64,000 bases of DNA, taken from positions 103,728,001 through 103,792,000 of the forward strand of contig NC_058373.1 of NCBI RefSeq assembly GCF_018350175.1, given 5' to 3'. Each line of letters begins with the position of its first letter. Within the stretch, counting starts at the first letter, position 1. Shown here piece after piece: positions 37,063 through 49,699 of this stretch. The stretch is from Felis catus (Eukaryota). The translations under genes and the position numbers were made by a program. The notes beneath the pieces were generated by a model, which ran no database searches, was not told the DNA's origin, and saw only the letters and a list, made by a program, of their open reading frames with translations.

Positions 37063-37290
37063 GGGGCACCTGGGTGGCTTGGCCGGTTAAGCGTCCGACT
37101 TCGGCTCAGGTCATGATCTCACGGTCCGTGAGTTCAAGCCCCGCGTCGGGCTCTGTGCTGACCGCTCAGAGCCTGGAGCCTGTTTCAGATTCTGTGTCTC
37201 CCTCTCTCTCTGCCCCTCCCCTGTTCATGCTCTGTCTCTCTCTGTCTCAAAAATAAATAAACGTTAAAAACAAATTTAAAAAACAACAAC
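37063..37290 (+). mobile_element. Feline CAN-SINE inserted at the tail of the previous one
   Basis: TSD aacaac(g/a)gagttttc. Confidence 0.97.
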
Positions 37291-39047
37291 AACAACAGAG
37301 TTTTCTATTTACATCCGGTCTTCTCTTCATCTCTCAGCAACAAAAGCACAAAAGCACAAGCATCGGTCATGACATTCCCTTTTGGAAAGCTTCCAACCTA
37401 ATGTATAGACACTGTCATCTCCTATCCATCTATCAATGCATTCATATAGTTAGTCCTCTGTTGACTGATCTAATCTATCTATACTATGTGAATCCAGCCC
37501 TTATGCAGGGAGAAATCAACCACTTTGAACAATGCTTATCCTATTGAAATGTTACCTGGCTAACGGTTCTTCAGGGACAGACTTCAAAAGGCTTTATGAC
37601 AGTGTCATAAGCTCAGTCTATGTAAGTTGGAAGTTACAGCCTCTGAGCTTTAGGGGTAAAACATCCTATAGAACTAACACACCATGAAATGACCATGGGA
37701 TGAGAGCTGAGACGTGTTTGATTTAATCATTGAGTATTGTGGTTGAGGGATATTCTAAAATGGTTTATGGTGATTTTATCAGCCCACTTGAGTTAATGTT
37801 GAATTTTCTATTTGACAGGACCTGCCAATTTCCCATCTGTTGGATCTCAGTAATATACAAAATGCCCAAGATGAATTATAATCCCTTTACTATCATAATC
37901 AATGTTCAGTGCATATGGCGCCTTGGCCCACAGACAATGGCTGGGGGTTTGGGCAGATGATTATCTTCATATACTTGCCGGTTGCCTGATGCTTCCCTTT
38001 CTGGTTTCAGATTATGTGCCTCAACTTTGCTGTGATAGAGAATGTGCTGATTGGTGGGGATTTACTCAAGTCTGAGGCATTTGTTAGACTCTCAGATTCT
38101 GATCCAATAGCTGCCTTTGGCTTTGTGTTTCTCTCACAGTGATAATGATTGAGAGCCTCTAACCTCTCTCGGAAAGTGTGAGAGGAAATCTGAGTCCCAC
38201 CAAAGTTGAGTTTCTTGATAACATTTCAGAGTTTGAGAAGGGAGCCTACAAAGGACTGAGACAGGAAAGGTGTGGATTTGCCCCTCCAGGAACAGAGTGC
38301 AAATCTTGAAATTCATAGTCTCTGATGTAAGAATGGGTTCGTTTATCTTAAAATACCTGCCTTTACAGACAGGAGATGTCTATATGACATTTTCTCAAGT
38401 CAAAAATTCATTAGTTCATTGTCCTCCGAGGCAATTCATGGACTTAAGTAAATTTTTTAACTGAATCAGTAAGACAGCATTCTACTGATTCAGACAAAAT
38501 TAAGACCAAGCCTTTCCTCCCCAAACAGTCAACTGGTGACCAAGGGTTAGGAAAGGGCAGACTGGTGTGCCTTGCTAAGAAATTTCTCCCCTGACAGACA
38601 ACATGGGCAGGCTTCATCTATGGCTTGAGCACAGAGAAAAAGGTGACAACATTATAGTCTAGATGATAAAACCCCCAAGACAGAAAACATCTGGATGCTT
38701 AATGACTCTCCTATAATTGTTCCACCTTCCTCCTCACAGCAGGGAGAGCAGTGCCTTTAGACCAGTGGCTTGACTTCACGTTTGAGAGGCTCCCTGGGCT
38801 GGGGCCTACCACAGATGAGGCTCACCTCACAAATTAACAGGCTCTGGGGGGAAGGCATCATTTTAATTGCTCCCAAATGTCATCAAAATCCAGAAATCTA
38901 CATAGGAGGGGAAGTCACTTCTATGATAGGAAAAGCAGAACTGAAGACGATTCGTGCGTCAGTGTTCCCACATCTGTTTGGTGGTGGTACCTGGTATTCC
39001 TACTGTCCTGGATCATGCCATTTATTCCACGGTAGAGACCGAACACG

Positions 39048-39383
39048 TATGAGTTAGGGTAATACTAACCACTGTAACAAATGGATATCAGGTTTCTTTT
39101 TTTATATACATACTCCAAGCATGTGTTGGTGAGAGATAGCGCTCTTCAGGGACCCAGAGGTTCTGCCACCTTCAACACATGACTTCCAAAGTCACCTTGA
39201 TCATTCTCCATCAGAATGGGGGAAAGCATGGAAGAGCACGGATATCACCCTGAACCATTCACATGGTCTAGAACTCACGTGAATGGCCACACATAACTGC
39301 AAGGAAACCTGTGAGATGTAGACTAGCTGGGTAGCCAGAAAGAAGAGGAAACATTCTTGGTGAACAGTTGGAAATCTCTGCCC
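39048..39383 (-). mobile_element. ERVL-MaLR (MLT1-type) solo LTR remnant
   Basis: gttagggtaatactaaccactgtaacaaat...ggccacacataactgcaaggaaacctgtgagatgtag...ggtgaacagttgg. Confidence 0.65.
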
Positions 39384-40242
39384 CTAGCTTATAAGACAGA
39401 GGTCTCTGGGAAAATAAAACATTGGCTATTAATGTTAGGGACTGGCATGAGGCTTGATTAGGAAGGAAAGTGTAAGGAGACTGGAAATATGAGGAGTAAG
39501 GTGAAAGAACAATATTCCAGATGAGGGGACGATGCCACACCTGACGGTCCATCACGTTCTATAAGATGACTTCCCGTGTTACCCTGAGCTGTACACATGG
39601 TCTCACAAGGTCCTGCTTATGGCCAATGGTATGATGGCTGACGGAGGGGGGGCCAAAACTGTGACCAGGGAACAGATCTATGTGGCTACCACAGAAGGAT
39701 GGAAACTGTAAGCCTCAGCCATCGACATCAAAAAGATTGCAAAATTGACTTCCTTGCAGTTAGCTCTGAAAAGAAGGATGAATGTGATTGATTTCAGGTC
39801 ATGGAGCTATACAAAGCCAGAGTCAGAAATAGCACATGGAAAAATCCGGGTGTCTTCACTTCCCAGCATTCATTCAGGCATTCATCCCACAGGCTAAAGG
39901 AGCCACTGTCCTTAATCAAAGATGGCATCAGAGGTTCTGGGGGTGGCCCATCAGATGAACAAGTAAATACTTTCTTGGCAACAGGCACTGACACACTGAC
40001 CTGAGCTGGGGCCCAAAATGCTGTGTAACTTTTGGCCAAAAATGCCACTCCATTGCTTAAGATGAATGACAAGCTGGACTCTTGCAAGGTGCATGCTCCC
40101 ACTCATCCAATACAAGACTGTGAAGTTTGATGTGTAATTCATTATGCCCTTACATTTTTTTCTTTGGTTGATCTGATTTTTGGCTACTTGATTTTGGGTA
40201 ACTGGGCAGCATTTCCCGGATGGTTTTGCCAACCATTTTCTT

Positions 40243-40889
40243 TTCTTTTTTTTTTCAATATATGAAATTTATTGTCAAATTGGTTTCCATACAACACCCA
40301 GTGCTCATCCCAAAAGGTGCCCTCCTCAATGCCCATCACCCACCCTCCCCTCCCTCCCAGCCCCCATCAACCCTCAGTTTGTTCTCAGTTTTTAACAGTC
40401 TCTTATGCTTTGGCTCTCTCCCACTCTAACCTCTTTTTTTTTTTCCTTCCCCTCCTCCATGGGTTTCTGTTAAGTTTCTCAGGATCCACATAAGAGTGAA
40501 AACATATGGTATCTGTCTTTCTCTGTATGGCTTATTTCACTTAGCATCACACTCTCCAGTTCCATCCACGTTGCTACAAAGGGCCATATTTCGTTCTTTC
40601 TCATTGCCATGTAGTACTCCATTGTGTATATAAACCACAATTTCTCTATCCATTCATCAGTTGATGGACATTTAGGCTCTTTCCACAATTTGGCTATCGT
40701 TGAGAGTGCTGCTATAAACATTGGGGTACAAGTGGCCCTATGCATCAGCACTCCTGTATCCCTTGGGTAAATTCCTAGCAGTGCTATTGCCGGGTCATAG
40801 GGTAGATCTATTTTTAATTTTCTGAGGAACCTCCACACTGCTTTCCAGAGTGGCTGCACCAATTTGCATTCCCACCAACAGTGCAAGAG
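40243..40889 (-). mobile_element. Young 5'-truncated feline L1, about 650 bp
   Basis: ORF2 C-terminus, 3' UTR and poly-A; perfect 15-bp TSD gccaaccattttctt 40228-40242 / 40890-40904. Confidence 0.98.
40479..40889 (-). pseudogene. L1 ORF2p C-terminal fragment; frame uninterrupted but no native start
   Basis: [22 protein letters not shown]...YDPAIALLGIYP...CTPMFIAAL...KCPSTDEWI...SEISHTEKDRYHMFSL is the L1 ORF2 Cys-rich C-terminus. Confidence 0.95.
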
Positions 40890-41149
40890 GCCAACCATTT
40901 TCTTCACATGTCCACCCCAGGGTATGGGCAACACAGCAAACAGCATTTCAGTGCCGGAAAACCACAGTCCATGATATACTTAGAGGTTCATTATTGCCAT
41001 GGTATGTGCTGGGCTCCAACATTGCGTGTAGCATCCAAAACTACCCAGCTTCCCTGTAGGGGCTGATTTTCAGGGCTGATTCACTGCAGAATCAGAGCCA
41101 TCAAGCCACGGCTACTCAGATACCAGATATCCTTTGAGTAGTCTGATGC

Positions 41150-41520
41150 AATGGAAAATGCATGGGATTTGGAGTCAGGCTGTTCTGCTTGTCCCTGGCA
41201 AGCTCTGTGAATTGGGGCAAATTCTTTAATCTCTCTGAGTCTTAAGTATCCATTCTGTAAAATAGCAATTATAATATCTACTTTATACACCATTATAAAA
41301 TAGAAAGTAGTAAGTGCTTTATTGACTGCCTTCCATATAGGCTAGAGATTTTATATATCTTAACTCTTGAAACGATTCCTTGAGTTAAGCCTCATTTCCA
41401 CACCCTTCATTTATAGATGAGCAAACTGAGGCTTTTAGACTAACTGGCCAAAGACCTAGAGCTAGTAAGAAGTAGGATTTGAATCCACAGCCTTCTCATC
41501 CAAAGATAGCCTTAATTACT
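41150..41520. mobile_element. Two MIR remnants in opposite orientation (+ 41150-41300, - 41310-41520)
   Basis: ggggcaaattctttaatctctctgagtc; atttatagatgagcaaactgaggct. Confidence 0.65.
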
Positions 41521-41684
41521 AAGTTACCCTGCTGAGATAAGGTGAGATAAATTATGATACTTGGCAGCAGGTACTCAGAAAATGTTAGTTTTCTTCCTTT
41601 TCCCCTTTTGTTTCTAAGGTTCTAGGCTACAGCTTTCCTTTCTGGGCTCAGATAATTCATACTGTTTTGCAGTTGGCTTGCTTT

Positions 41685-41810
41685 CATTCACACTCACTCA
41701 ATAAATATTTACTGAGTGTCTACTATGTGTCTTGCCCCACGCCAGACACTGGGTATTCAGTGGCGAATACAAAAGACATGATCCCCCCATCCTCAATGTA
41801 CTTGTAGCAA
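41685..41810 (-). mobile_element. L2 3' end
   Basis: cattcacactcactcaataaatatttactgagtgtctactatgtg. Confidence 0.7.
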
Positions 41811-42465
41811 TGCCAACTGCGTCCTCCAGGAGTCTCTGAATATAGAGACTGAGCCATGCTTCTCTTCTTTAAGATGGATTAATACCACAGCATTTGCAAC
41901 TATAATATTATGTTACCTTGGACACCAGGCAATTAGCAAGCAATTAAATCTCCCTTGGTCTGAATACACCTGCAACCAAACTGTCTGCTAAAGTTCTGTT
42001 ACACTCATTAATTAGCATGAGTTGAATGACAGGATAATCAGAAAGGAAATACCTCCTCTTGGAGACCAGGAGTAAATGATTAAAAAGTGGAATGTGCTTT
42101 TTAACACTTTTGCTTGAGTTTATATCAATGTAGAGTATATGGAGGGGCCCACTGTTTATCAATATTAATGTCTCTGGCGGTGAACGTGCCAAGAGAGAAC
42201 TGACATATGCTAATATTTATATTCGTCCATTTGACATCACGAAAACTTTGAAAATAACTTGCTTAGACACCAGCCAAATGCTTCCGATAGTAACAGGCAA
42301 CCATCTCTCAGAGCTAAAAGTGAAGACCCTTACACCTGGTCAAGTACAGGAGTACTTACTCAAGAAGCCACAGTTTTATTTTTATGACCATCTACTACAA
42401 AGGCACTATAAAAAATAGAGGACTCTCATCCAATTTCTCTCCCATCCATTATATTACCCGTTTCT

Positions 42466-42677
42466 TCTTCTTTTTTTAACTGTTTATTTTTGAGAGAGGG
42501 AAAGAGAGAGTGTGAACGGGGGAGGGGCAGAGAGAGAGGGAGACAGAGGATCCCAAGCGGGCTCTGTGCTAACAGCAGAGAGCCCTGTGCGAGGCTCGAA
42601 CTCACAAACCGTGAGACCATGACCTGAGCCGAAATCAAGAGCTGGACACTTAACCGACTGAGCCACCCAGGCGCCCC
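42466..42677 (-). mobile_element. CAN-SINE
   Basis: TSD tattacc(c/t)gtttct. Confidence 0.96.
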
Positions 42678-44099
42678 TATTACCTGTTTCTATAGAGCCT
42701 GATGGCAACCTAGATGAGCTGATACATCAGGAAAAATCAGCTTTTTGGCTGTAGAGTATTTTTTTTTAATGAACAGAAAAAACAAGCAGGAGATCTTTAG
42801 ATATTATGTTTCCTCCTTTTAAATCCCTTAGTTCTTTGATTAACAGATTGCCTTAAAAACGTCGGGAAGGAGTATCACAGTATCACATTATCCTTGTGCT
42901 ATTCCCCCACTAAGGAGCCCGTGAACATCTCTCGACTGCAGACAAAAAGCAACTGTCTGGGCTGTGTGGCTGGTTCATTGTACAGGCTCCGCTGAACCTG
43001 CCCCGGTTGAGTCAGTGGTTCTCATCCCTCCAGCCACAGCCTGGGCAGACCGCAGCCTTGTGGCCTTCAAGAAAGGCCATGAATCGGGGCTGCTGCAGTA
43101 ACAGTCAGTTAGAAACAGACTCAGGGCCAAGTCAGAGGTCCTGGAGCCCACTCTGGGTTTTCAAATGTCTATTGTTCAAAACGTTTGCCAGCCCTTCAAC
43201 AAAAGCTCGATGGGACAAACCTCAATGCTCTAAGCTCTAAGGGAATTTAGCTTCATGCTAACGCAGAAAAAAATGTCCCAGCCACTCATGTAACATTATT
43301 AGACAAAGTGGAGCCTGCCCGCTTTTAAAGAAGAAGAAGAAGGAAAAAAAGACATTTTCTTTTTCCGAGATTGTGCTACCCTCGAAAGGGAATGCATTTG
43401 AAGTGGCAAATGTAGACGTTTCAGGCAAATGTGTACTTTGTCTTCAAATGAACAGCTTTCAGAATGATCTTGTTTAAGCCCCCTTTTATTTTTATCTTTT
43501 ATTCCCCCACAATGCCAGCCGAGGTTGTCCATCTCCCAACAGCTACCAAATGGACTCGTAATTGTAAGGCTCAGTGATTTAATTAGACTCATTCTAAACA
43601 CTCACATTTTTATCAATTAGTTAATGGGCTAAAGAGAGTCTCTTTGTTGGAGCCAGGTCATTTGGAAGCTAGAGGCTTCTTGAGGGCAAGAAGCTGAAGA
43701 GCCACAGCGTTAATATCTGTAATTAACCTCACGAGTCCTAGGTTGTTCAATTAGGAATGACCTCCCTTCCCTTCCATATGCCGATCGTCAAATGGGATGC
43801 TCATGTGAAATAATCACTGAAGAAAAATGAATCCAAAAAGGATGCCGCAAAAAAAAAAAAAAAAAAAAAAATCACACCTGGATGAAAATAAAACAAAAAG
43901 TTCCCGGTCTTCAAATGCTTCTCAGTTATTTTTTTCAATTACAGTGGTTTGTGCTTTGCAGCTTCCCCTAAAAATAATAATTCTGGGTGTTTCAGATCAG
44001 CAATGCCCCCAGTAATAGATATCGAGGAATGTTGAAAAACAGGGTTTTTTTGTGTTTGGGTTTGTGTTATCAAACAGGCCAGTTCTGAAACAGGGATGA

Positions 44100-44315
44100 G
44101 GGGCACCTGGGTGGCTCAGTCAGTTGAGCATCCGACTTCGGCTCAGGTCATGATCTTTCGGTTCGTGGGTTCGAGCCCTGCGTTGGGCTCTGTGCTGACA
44201 GCTCAGAGCCTGGAGCCTGCTTCGGATTCTGTGTCTCCCTCTCTCTCTGCCTCACCCCTGTTTGTGCTCTGTCTCTCTCTCTTTCAAAAAAGTGAATAAA
44301 CATAAAAAAAATTTT
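44100..44315 (+). mobile_element. Feline CAN-SINE
   Basis: TSD aaacagggatga. Confidence 0.97.
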
Positions 44316-45239
44316 AAACAGGGATGATATGCTATGATATCAAAGTTCAACCTTTGATCACTTTTTGCAAATTATTGCCTTCAACTTTTTTTGGCTTGGA
44401 GAATTCCATTTACTATTTCTCTGTGAAAGAAGACTTCCATCTTGTACCTGTGGTTATAATAAATAAATACCAGATGCATTAAATCGAGGATTATTTTGCT
44501 TCTTAACAAGCTACTCAACTTCTACTCGTGTGAGAAGTCTATGGAAAATTCATAAACTGCCCATACTTATTCCTATCCAATGACAAAATGTGAAGCAGGC
44601 TTACATAGAAATAAAAACCAGTACTGACAGAAAAAAAGTTAATCTGTAAGAAAGGGATAAAACAATTTACAAATTAAGGTATACAATAGACCATAACAAG
44701 CGATCTACCAGGAAAAAATCCATACCCTCAAAGAATATACACCACTATTTTTCATTTCTAACTAAATCTATATATAAGTTGTTATGGTTCAACAGCATCA
44801 GTGTTTTGAATGTGAAGGAAAAAGATACATTGAAGCCAGACACATCAAAATAGTAGCCGTTACAAAGATAACTTCTTTGTTTTCTGCTTGGTTAGAAACC
44901 ACTCACAGATGAGAAAATGAAGGCATGAACTTCCGAGAACCAGGCAAACCAGAGGAAAAGCCACTTGTTTTGAGGATTTTAACAAGCAACGAGCATGGAC
45001 TACCATTTGCGAAAATCTGAGTCTGTCAGGCATTCTTTGCAAACTTAGAGCCCTATCTCCTACCGCCGGGCATCAAAATTACAGGCACCAAAACAGCTGG
45101 TAAAGAGTAGCAATTCCCCACTCCTACTGTGATTGTGTTTATGTATCAGCCGCGCTGACCAGTAGCAGTTTACGTTTATTGTTATGGTCAACAATTATAT
45201 TGTGCATGCTCAGTAAATACGCTGCTTGCTGCGCTTCAT

Positions 45240-45460
45240 AAATGTGCCCTTTGTTCCCTTCATCATTAGGCAGACAGTTCGTTCTGTACAATGTCCAACT
45301 TCCAGACAGGTGGAATAAGGAGGTGGCATCTGTCTAAATATTGAATGCCACGCTTCCCCCATCTGCTGTAATAACAGTGCCGGGTCTGCTTGGCTTCGGT
45401 TACCCTCTTCTGCACACAACCAGTCAGCCATATGCCCTATATAGTGCATGTGCCACCAGA
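45240..45460. promoter_or_regulatory. Candidate enhancer with E-box and SOX cluster
   Basis: CTTTGT 45249, ACAATG 45288, CAGGTG 45307, CATCTG 45327 and 45360, CATATG 45429, CATGTG 45447. Confidence 0.3.
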
Positions 45461-46129
45461 GCGACAGGGCCTGCTCTGCAGCCCCTGAGCTGGTCACCAA
45501 ACAAGTGGGGAAAAGACGCGAGGTGGAGACTGGAGGTCAGGCACGTGCAGGAATCAGCAGGTGATGGTCAATATGGCCACTGGGAGCTGTTCAAAGAACC
45601 AGTAGAAAAGGCCCTCAAAAGGCAATGGCCAGCATAGAGCACATTGCCAATCAAATTTTACAGGGCATACCTTCCAGGCTAGGCAAATAAGAAGATTTAG
45701 AGCACATGGCAGTTCATCGTTTATAATCCTGTCTTAGCCCAGCATGGCTTAGTGACAGTTCAGTGACAGATGATGAGCACATGACAGCTGCAGGATCTTA
45801 TACAAACGCATACAGTAAAATTAAAATTAAATTAGTGACACACGTGTACACATTGGTCGTGCAACAGTTACACAATCTGTTCGGGACCCCTCACAGACTC
45901 TGCCACTGTGCCCTCGATTCGGGGTGCCTATAACCACTTTCAAAAGGTCCCCAAGAGCTGGTCCTAGCCAGGAAGGGTCCTTCCCTTGGACAAAAGTGGA
46001 ATTCAGAAGTCCTCTAAGGCAAATAAAGGTGCTCAGCATCCCCCCCACAAAACTGACAAAGTTTAACGATGTACCCAATTGGCCTAATTAAAATCAACTG
46101 AGGGTTTGGAGTATTTAAAGGAAGAAGAA

Positions 46130-46328
46130 GGGGCGCCTGAGTGACTCAGTTGGTTGAGCGTCTGACTTCAGCTCAGGTCAGGATCTCGCAGTTTGTGAGT
46201 TCAAGCCCTGCGTCGGGCTCTGTGCTGACAGCTCAGAGCCTGAAGCCCACTTGGAGTTCTGTGCCTCCCTCTCTCTCTCTCTGACTCTCCCCTACTCACA
46301 CTCTGTCTGTCTCTCTCAGAAATAAATA
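46130..46328 (+). mobile_element. CAN-SINE, first of a tandem pair
   Basis: Canonical body; tail cut at aataaata by the next SINE. Confidence 0.95.
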
Positions 46329-46561
46329 GGGGCGCCTGGGTGGCTCAGTCCGTTAAGCGTCTGACTTCGGCTCAGGTCATGATCTCACGGTTTGTGACTT
46401 CGAGCCCCGAGTTGGGCTCTGTGCTGACAGCTCAGAGCCTGGAGCCTGCTTCAGATTCTGTGTCTCCCTCTCTCCCTGCCCCTTCCCCACTCATGCTCTG
46501 TCTCTCTCTGTCTCTCAAAAATGAATAAATGTTAATAAAAAAAACAATTTTTTTTTTTAAA
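46329..46561 (+). mobile_element. Feline CAN-SINE, second of a tandem pair
   Basis: Canonical body and tail. Confidence 0.96.
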
Positions 46562-47727
46562 TGGAGAAAAAAAAAGGCCAACACAACCAAAGGAAGTAAG
46601 CGTATCGGGCCTGGAATAAATCATTAACGACCTTGCACCTTCAATCTGTAATCTGCTGATTTTATTACTCACAAATTATATATATTTTTTGTAAAAATAC
46701 AAATGCCCATACTTGAGAAATCTAGTTTGGGTGTGACTTCGATTGTTCTAAATGTCTCCGTCTTTTGCTTTACAAATGTTCTATCATTCATTTGTCTGAA
46801 TATTTGTTCAGGTAACTTGCCATAATAAAAGAGTTTCTGAAATTGTGCTTCCCTGTGAAACTTTATGAAGATGTTACCTATTTTTAGAAATTGAAGTTTG
46901 TATTTAAAATGTTTTTACTCTCTTCTCTGGACCTAACCCACTTCAAAAGGAATTGTGGTGACTACGTTTCACATTTACATTTGCTTTTCCTCAGATTGTG
47001 TTGGCAAGCAAAAATGTTAGATAAAAAAAGAATAGTTTCAGCTCTGACCTGCTTGTCATATGTCCATAAGATATCTTTTTTTTTTTTTTTTTTTAGTATA
47101 TTAGTCGTACAGTCATGTCTTATTGAATTTGCAATTCGCAGATTCCCGGAAAAGAGTGTGTAGGGGGAAAAAAATGATAGTACAGACACAAACTGTACTT
47201 TACTGATTTGGAAGATTTTCACAGTCATCTAAAAAAAATGTTAATTTCTTCTCAGGAAAGCAACTCAAAGATAATAACAATGGTTCTTCCAAATGTCCAG
47301 ATCTGTTTATACCTCATGGAATCTAATCAAGATGTGTAACTCCACAGCCATGCGTGTTTATGACAATATATTCTCTACATAATTACTTTATAAATCATTC
47401 CATATTTTAGCACACAAAATAACTCATGAAAGCTTTTTTTAGTTAATGTGTTTTTAAAAGACTATGTTAAATTATTAGAACGTTATATCAAAATTAATTT
47501 TTTATAAGTAATTATTATGAATCCCCCCCAGCAGCTCTGTGAACACTAGGACTCATTAATGCAACAAAGCCCTGAAAGGGACAAGCCATTTGATCGAAGT
47601 CACATGCAAAAAAATCATCAGTAAAATCAAGATTCAAACAAAGAACTTCTTACTTTGCCTTTTACATTTTATTGTAGACTCAAAATTTCTTCACCGAATT
47701 TAAACTCCTGTCCCCTCTTTTGGGACG

Positions 47728-47763
47728 GATCCTTTACTCTAGGTCGATCCTTTACTCTAGGTC
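47728..47763. repeat. 2 x 18-bp tandem duplication
   Basis: gatcctttactctaggtc twice. Confidence 0.95.
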
Positions 47764-47927
47764 ACCTGTCACTTGTGTCTCCCATGTTACTAAACTAAAC
47801 ATGAAGCAACCTTAGAATCCATGTGAATAGGCTTACCAATAAAGAAAAGGCCAAAAGGTGTTTAAGGTGGGTACTGAAGCCTGATTTCTGGATGCTTTGG
47901 GGCCATTTCTAAAAACTTGTAAGGATC

Positions 47928-48045
47928 GGGAGTGCTGGCTGGCTCAGTTGGAAGAGTATGTGACTCTTGATCTTGGGGTCATGAGTTTGAGTCCCATGTG
48001 GGGTGCAGAGATCACTAAAATAAATAAATCAACTTACAAAAAAAC
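47928..48045 (+). mobile_element. Short tRNA-like carnivore SINE
   Basis: ctggctggctcagttggaagagtatgtgactcttgatcttggggtc...gagatcactaaaataaa. Confidence 0.85.
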
Positions 48046-48455
48046 ACACTTCAAAGAACTATACTTTCATAAGAATGAAATCTTAGCTATCAATGCTGAT
48101 AGTGTTTTGGATATAAGATTTATTGGAACATGTCAAATTCTCCTGAGGTAGTAATAAAATCACCTCCTATTTTCCAAGTGAAGAATCTTTAAACATTTCT
48201 TCTCTGACTCCTATATGATATGTAGCTTCTCTGGAGGTCAATTTCTACTGAGCATACACACAAAATATCACATGCGTCAACTAAGGAGATTTCCTGGAGC
48301 TACTCTTAAAAAAAAAAAAAAAGAAAGAAAAGCTTTGATAAGCAACTGTTTTATTGTTTAGTTGTTACTGCCCTTTAGCCAAACTTCCTACTGAATCCCA
48401 GTTCTCTGTCCCATTCCCAGAAGGGCCATCCAACAAGTTTCTGTACTGGTCTTAC

Positions 48456-48473
48456 ATGCTGCGTGGTGGTATC
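48456..48473 (-). other. Candidate 18-nt microexon
   Basis: Acceptor ctcatgttttccatgccttttctatag|, exon GATACCACCACGCAGCAT, donor |gtaaga. Confidence 0.2.
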
Positions 48474-49699
48474 CTATAGAAAAGGCATGGAAAACATGAG
48501 TCCTATGACATTCCACATTTAACGTAAAGCAGCAGGGATATTTGCCTGAAAGCGAAAAGCAAGTGACAATTTTGAACCTATACTGCTAAGCCTTATTTGG
48601 TATATCCAAACAAGGGGCTGAAAATCTACCAGCTCCAGAACCATGCATTCAAGTTAGATTCCTGGTCCATCCAAATTTTGCATGTGGTCTGAGTAGCTGT
48701 GAGCACAAAAAGCCAGAGGGATCCTAGTCCCAACCTGTGTGAGCCCTTTGAGATCTCCAGACAGACCGCAATAAGGCTGCGCTCACAAGATGCCTTTTGG
48801 CAAAGCTTGGAGGAAGTGGAAAATAAACACTGATAGAAACTAATATGAAAGTCCCATTAAAAAAATACACACATGTACATTTTTGACAAACAGGTTCACG
48901 CAGACAGAGCATCCAGGGGTCAAGGGCAGTGAGATGGTCACAAAAGTTCTCCAAGGGAATGAACCACACTACGTACGATGGGAAAGAGTAGCAGTCACTG
49001 CAGGTGGCCTTGTGTTTATTGAAAAGTGACACAAATCATACAAATAACAAATCATAAAACTTCATTATTAGGTTGATGGAGTGGCCATATTTGACACAAG
49101 GGTGTCCTCTGGAGGGAGTTCTGTGTCCGAGCTTCTCTGCAGCCCACCCATGAGAATGAAGCTTAAATCTTTGCTGGGTGAGCAGCTTTGGGGGGGGGTA
49201 GGGAGGGCAGAAGGCAGGGTAGAGAGCAATCTCCCTAAGTCACTAAACAAACCTTAAAAAAAAAAATCTCCTCGTTACTATTATTATTTCCAGCCCCAGT
49301 TCTTCATTAGAAATAAAAGAGTTGTACTCAGGAGCCAAATCTGAAATGATGAAAATCCTTCAAGGAAAAGAAGGAAGAAAGATTTAGCCGTTCACCCTTT
49401 TATTACTGTTATGATTACTCTTTATTACTTGGCACTTACATGGTACTTTATTTCTTCCAAGTGCTTTACAATCCTTAATTACTTAATCTTGAAATATATT
49501 TAGAAAGGCACTTGAATTTATTTGACGCTGCTATTCAAAACCTATTTTGCCCCATTTTCAGCCCCCACTCGCGGAGGTACGGTATCTTCCCGCTGGGGAG
49601 CGAGGTGCAGAAAAGGGGTGGCCCATAGAAAACTCCTGAAGAAAAATAGAGGGGGAGGAAGGAGAGGAGAAACCAGTCTGTGATACAATAACAATAATC

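Noticed and set aside
40479..40946. 155-aa ORF as a host gene
   Set aside because: It is an L1 ORF2 C-terminal fragment; the N-terminal residues come from flanking DNA beyond the TSD.
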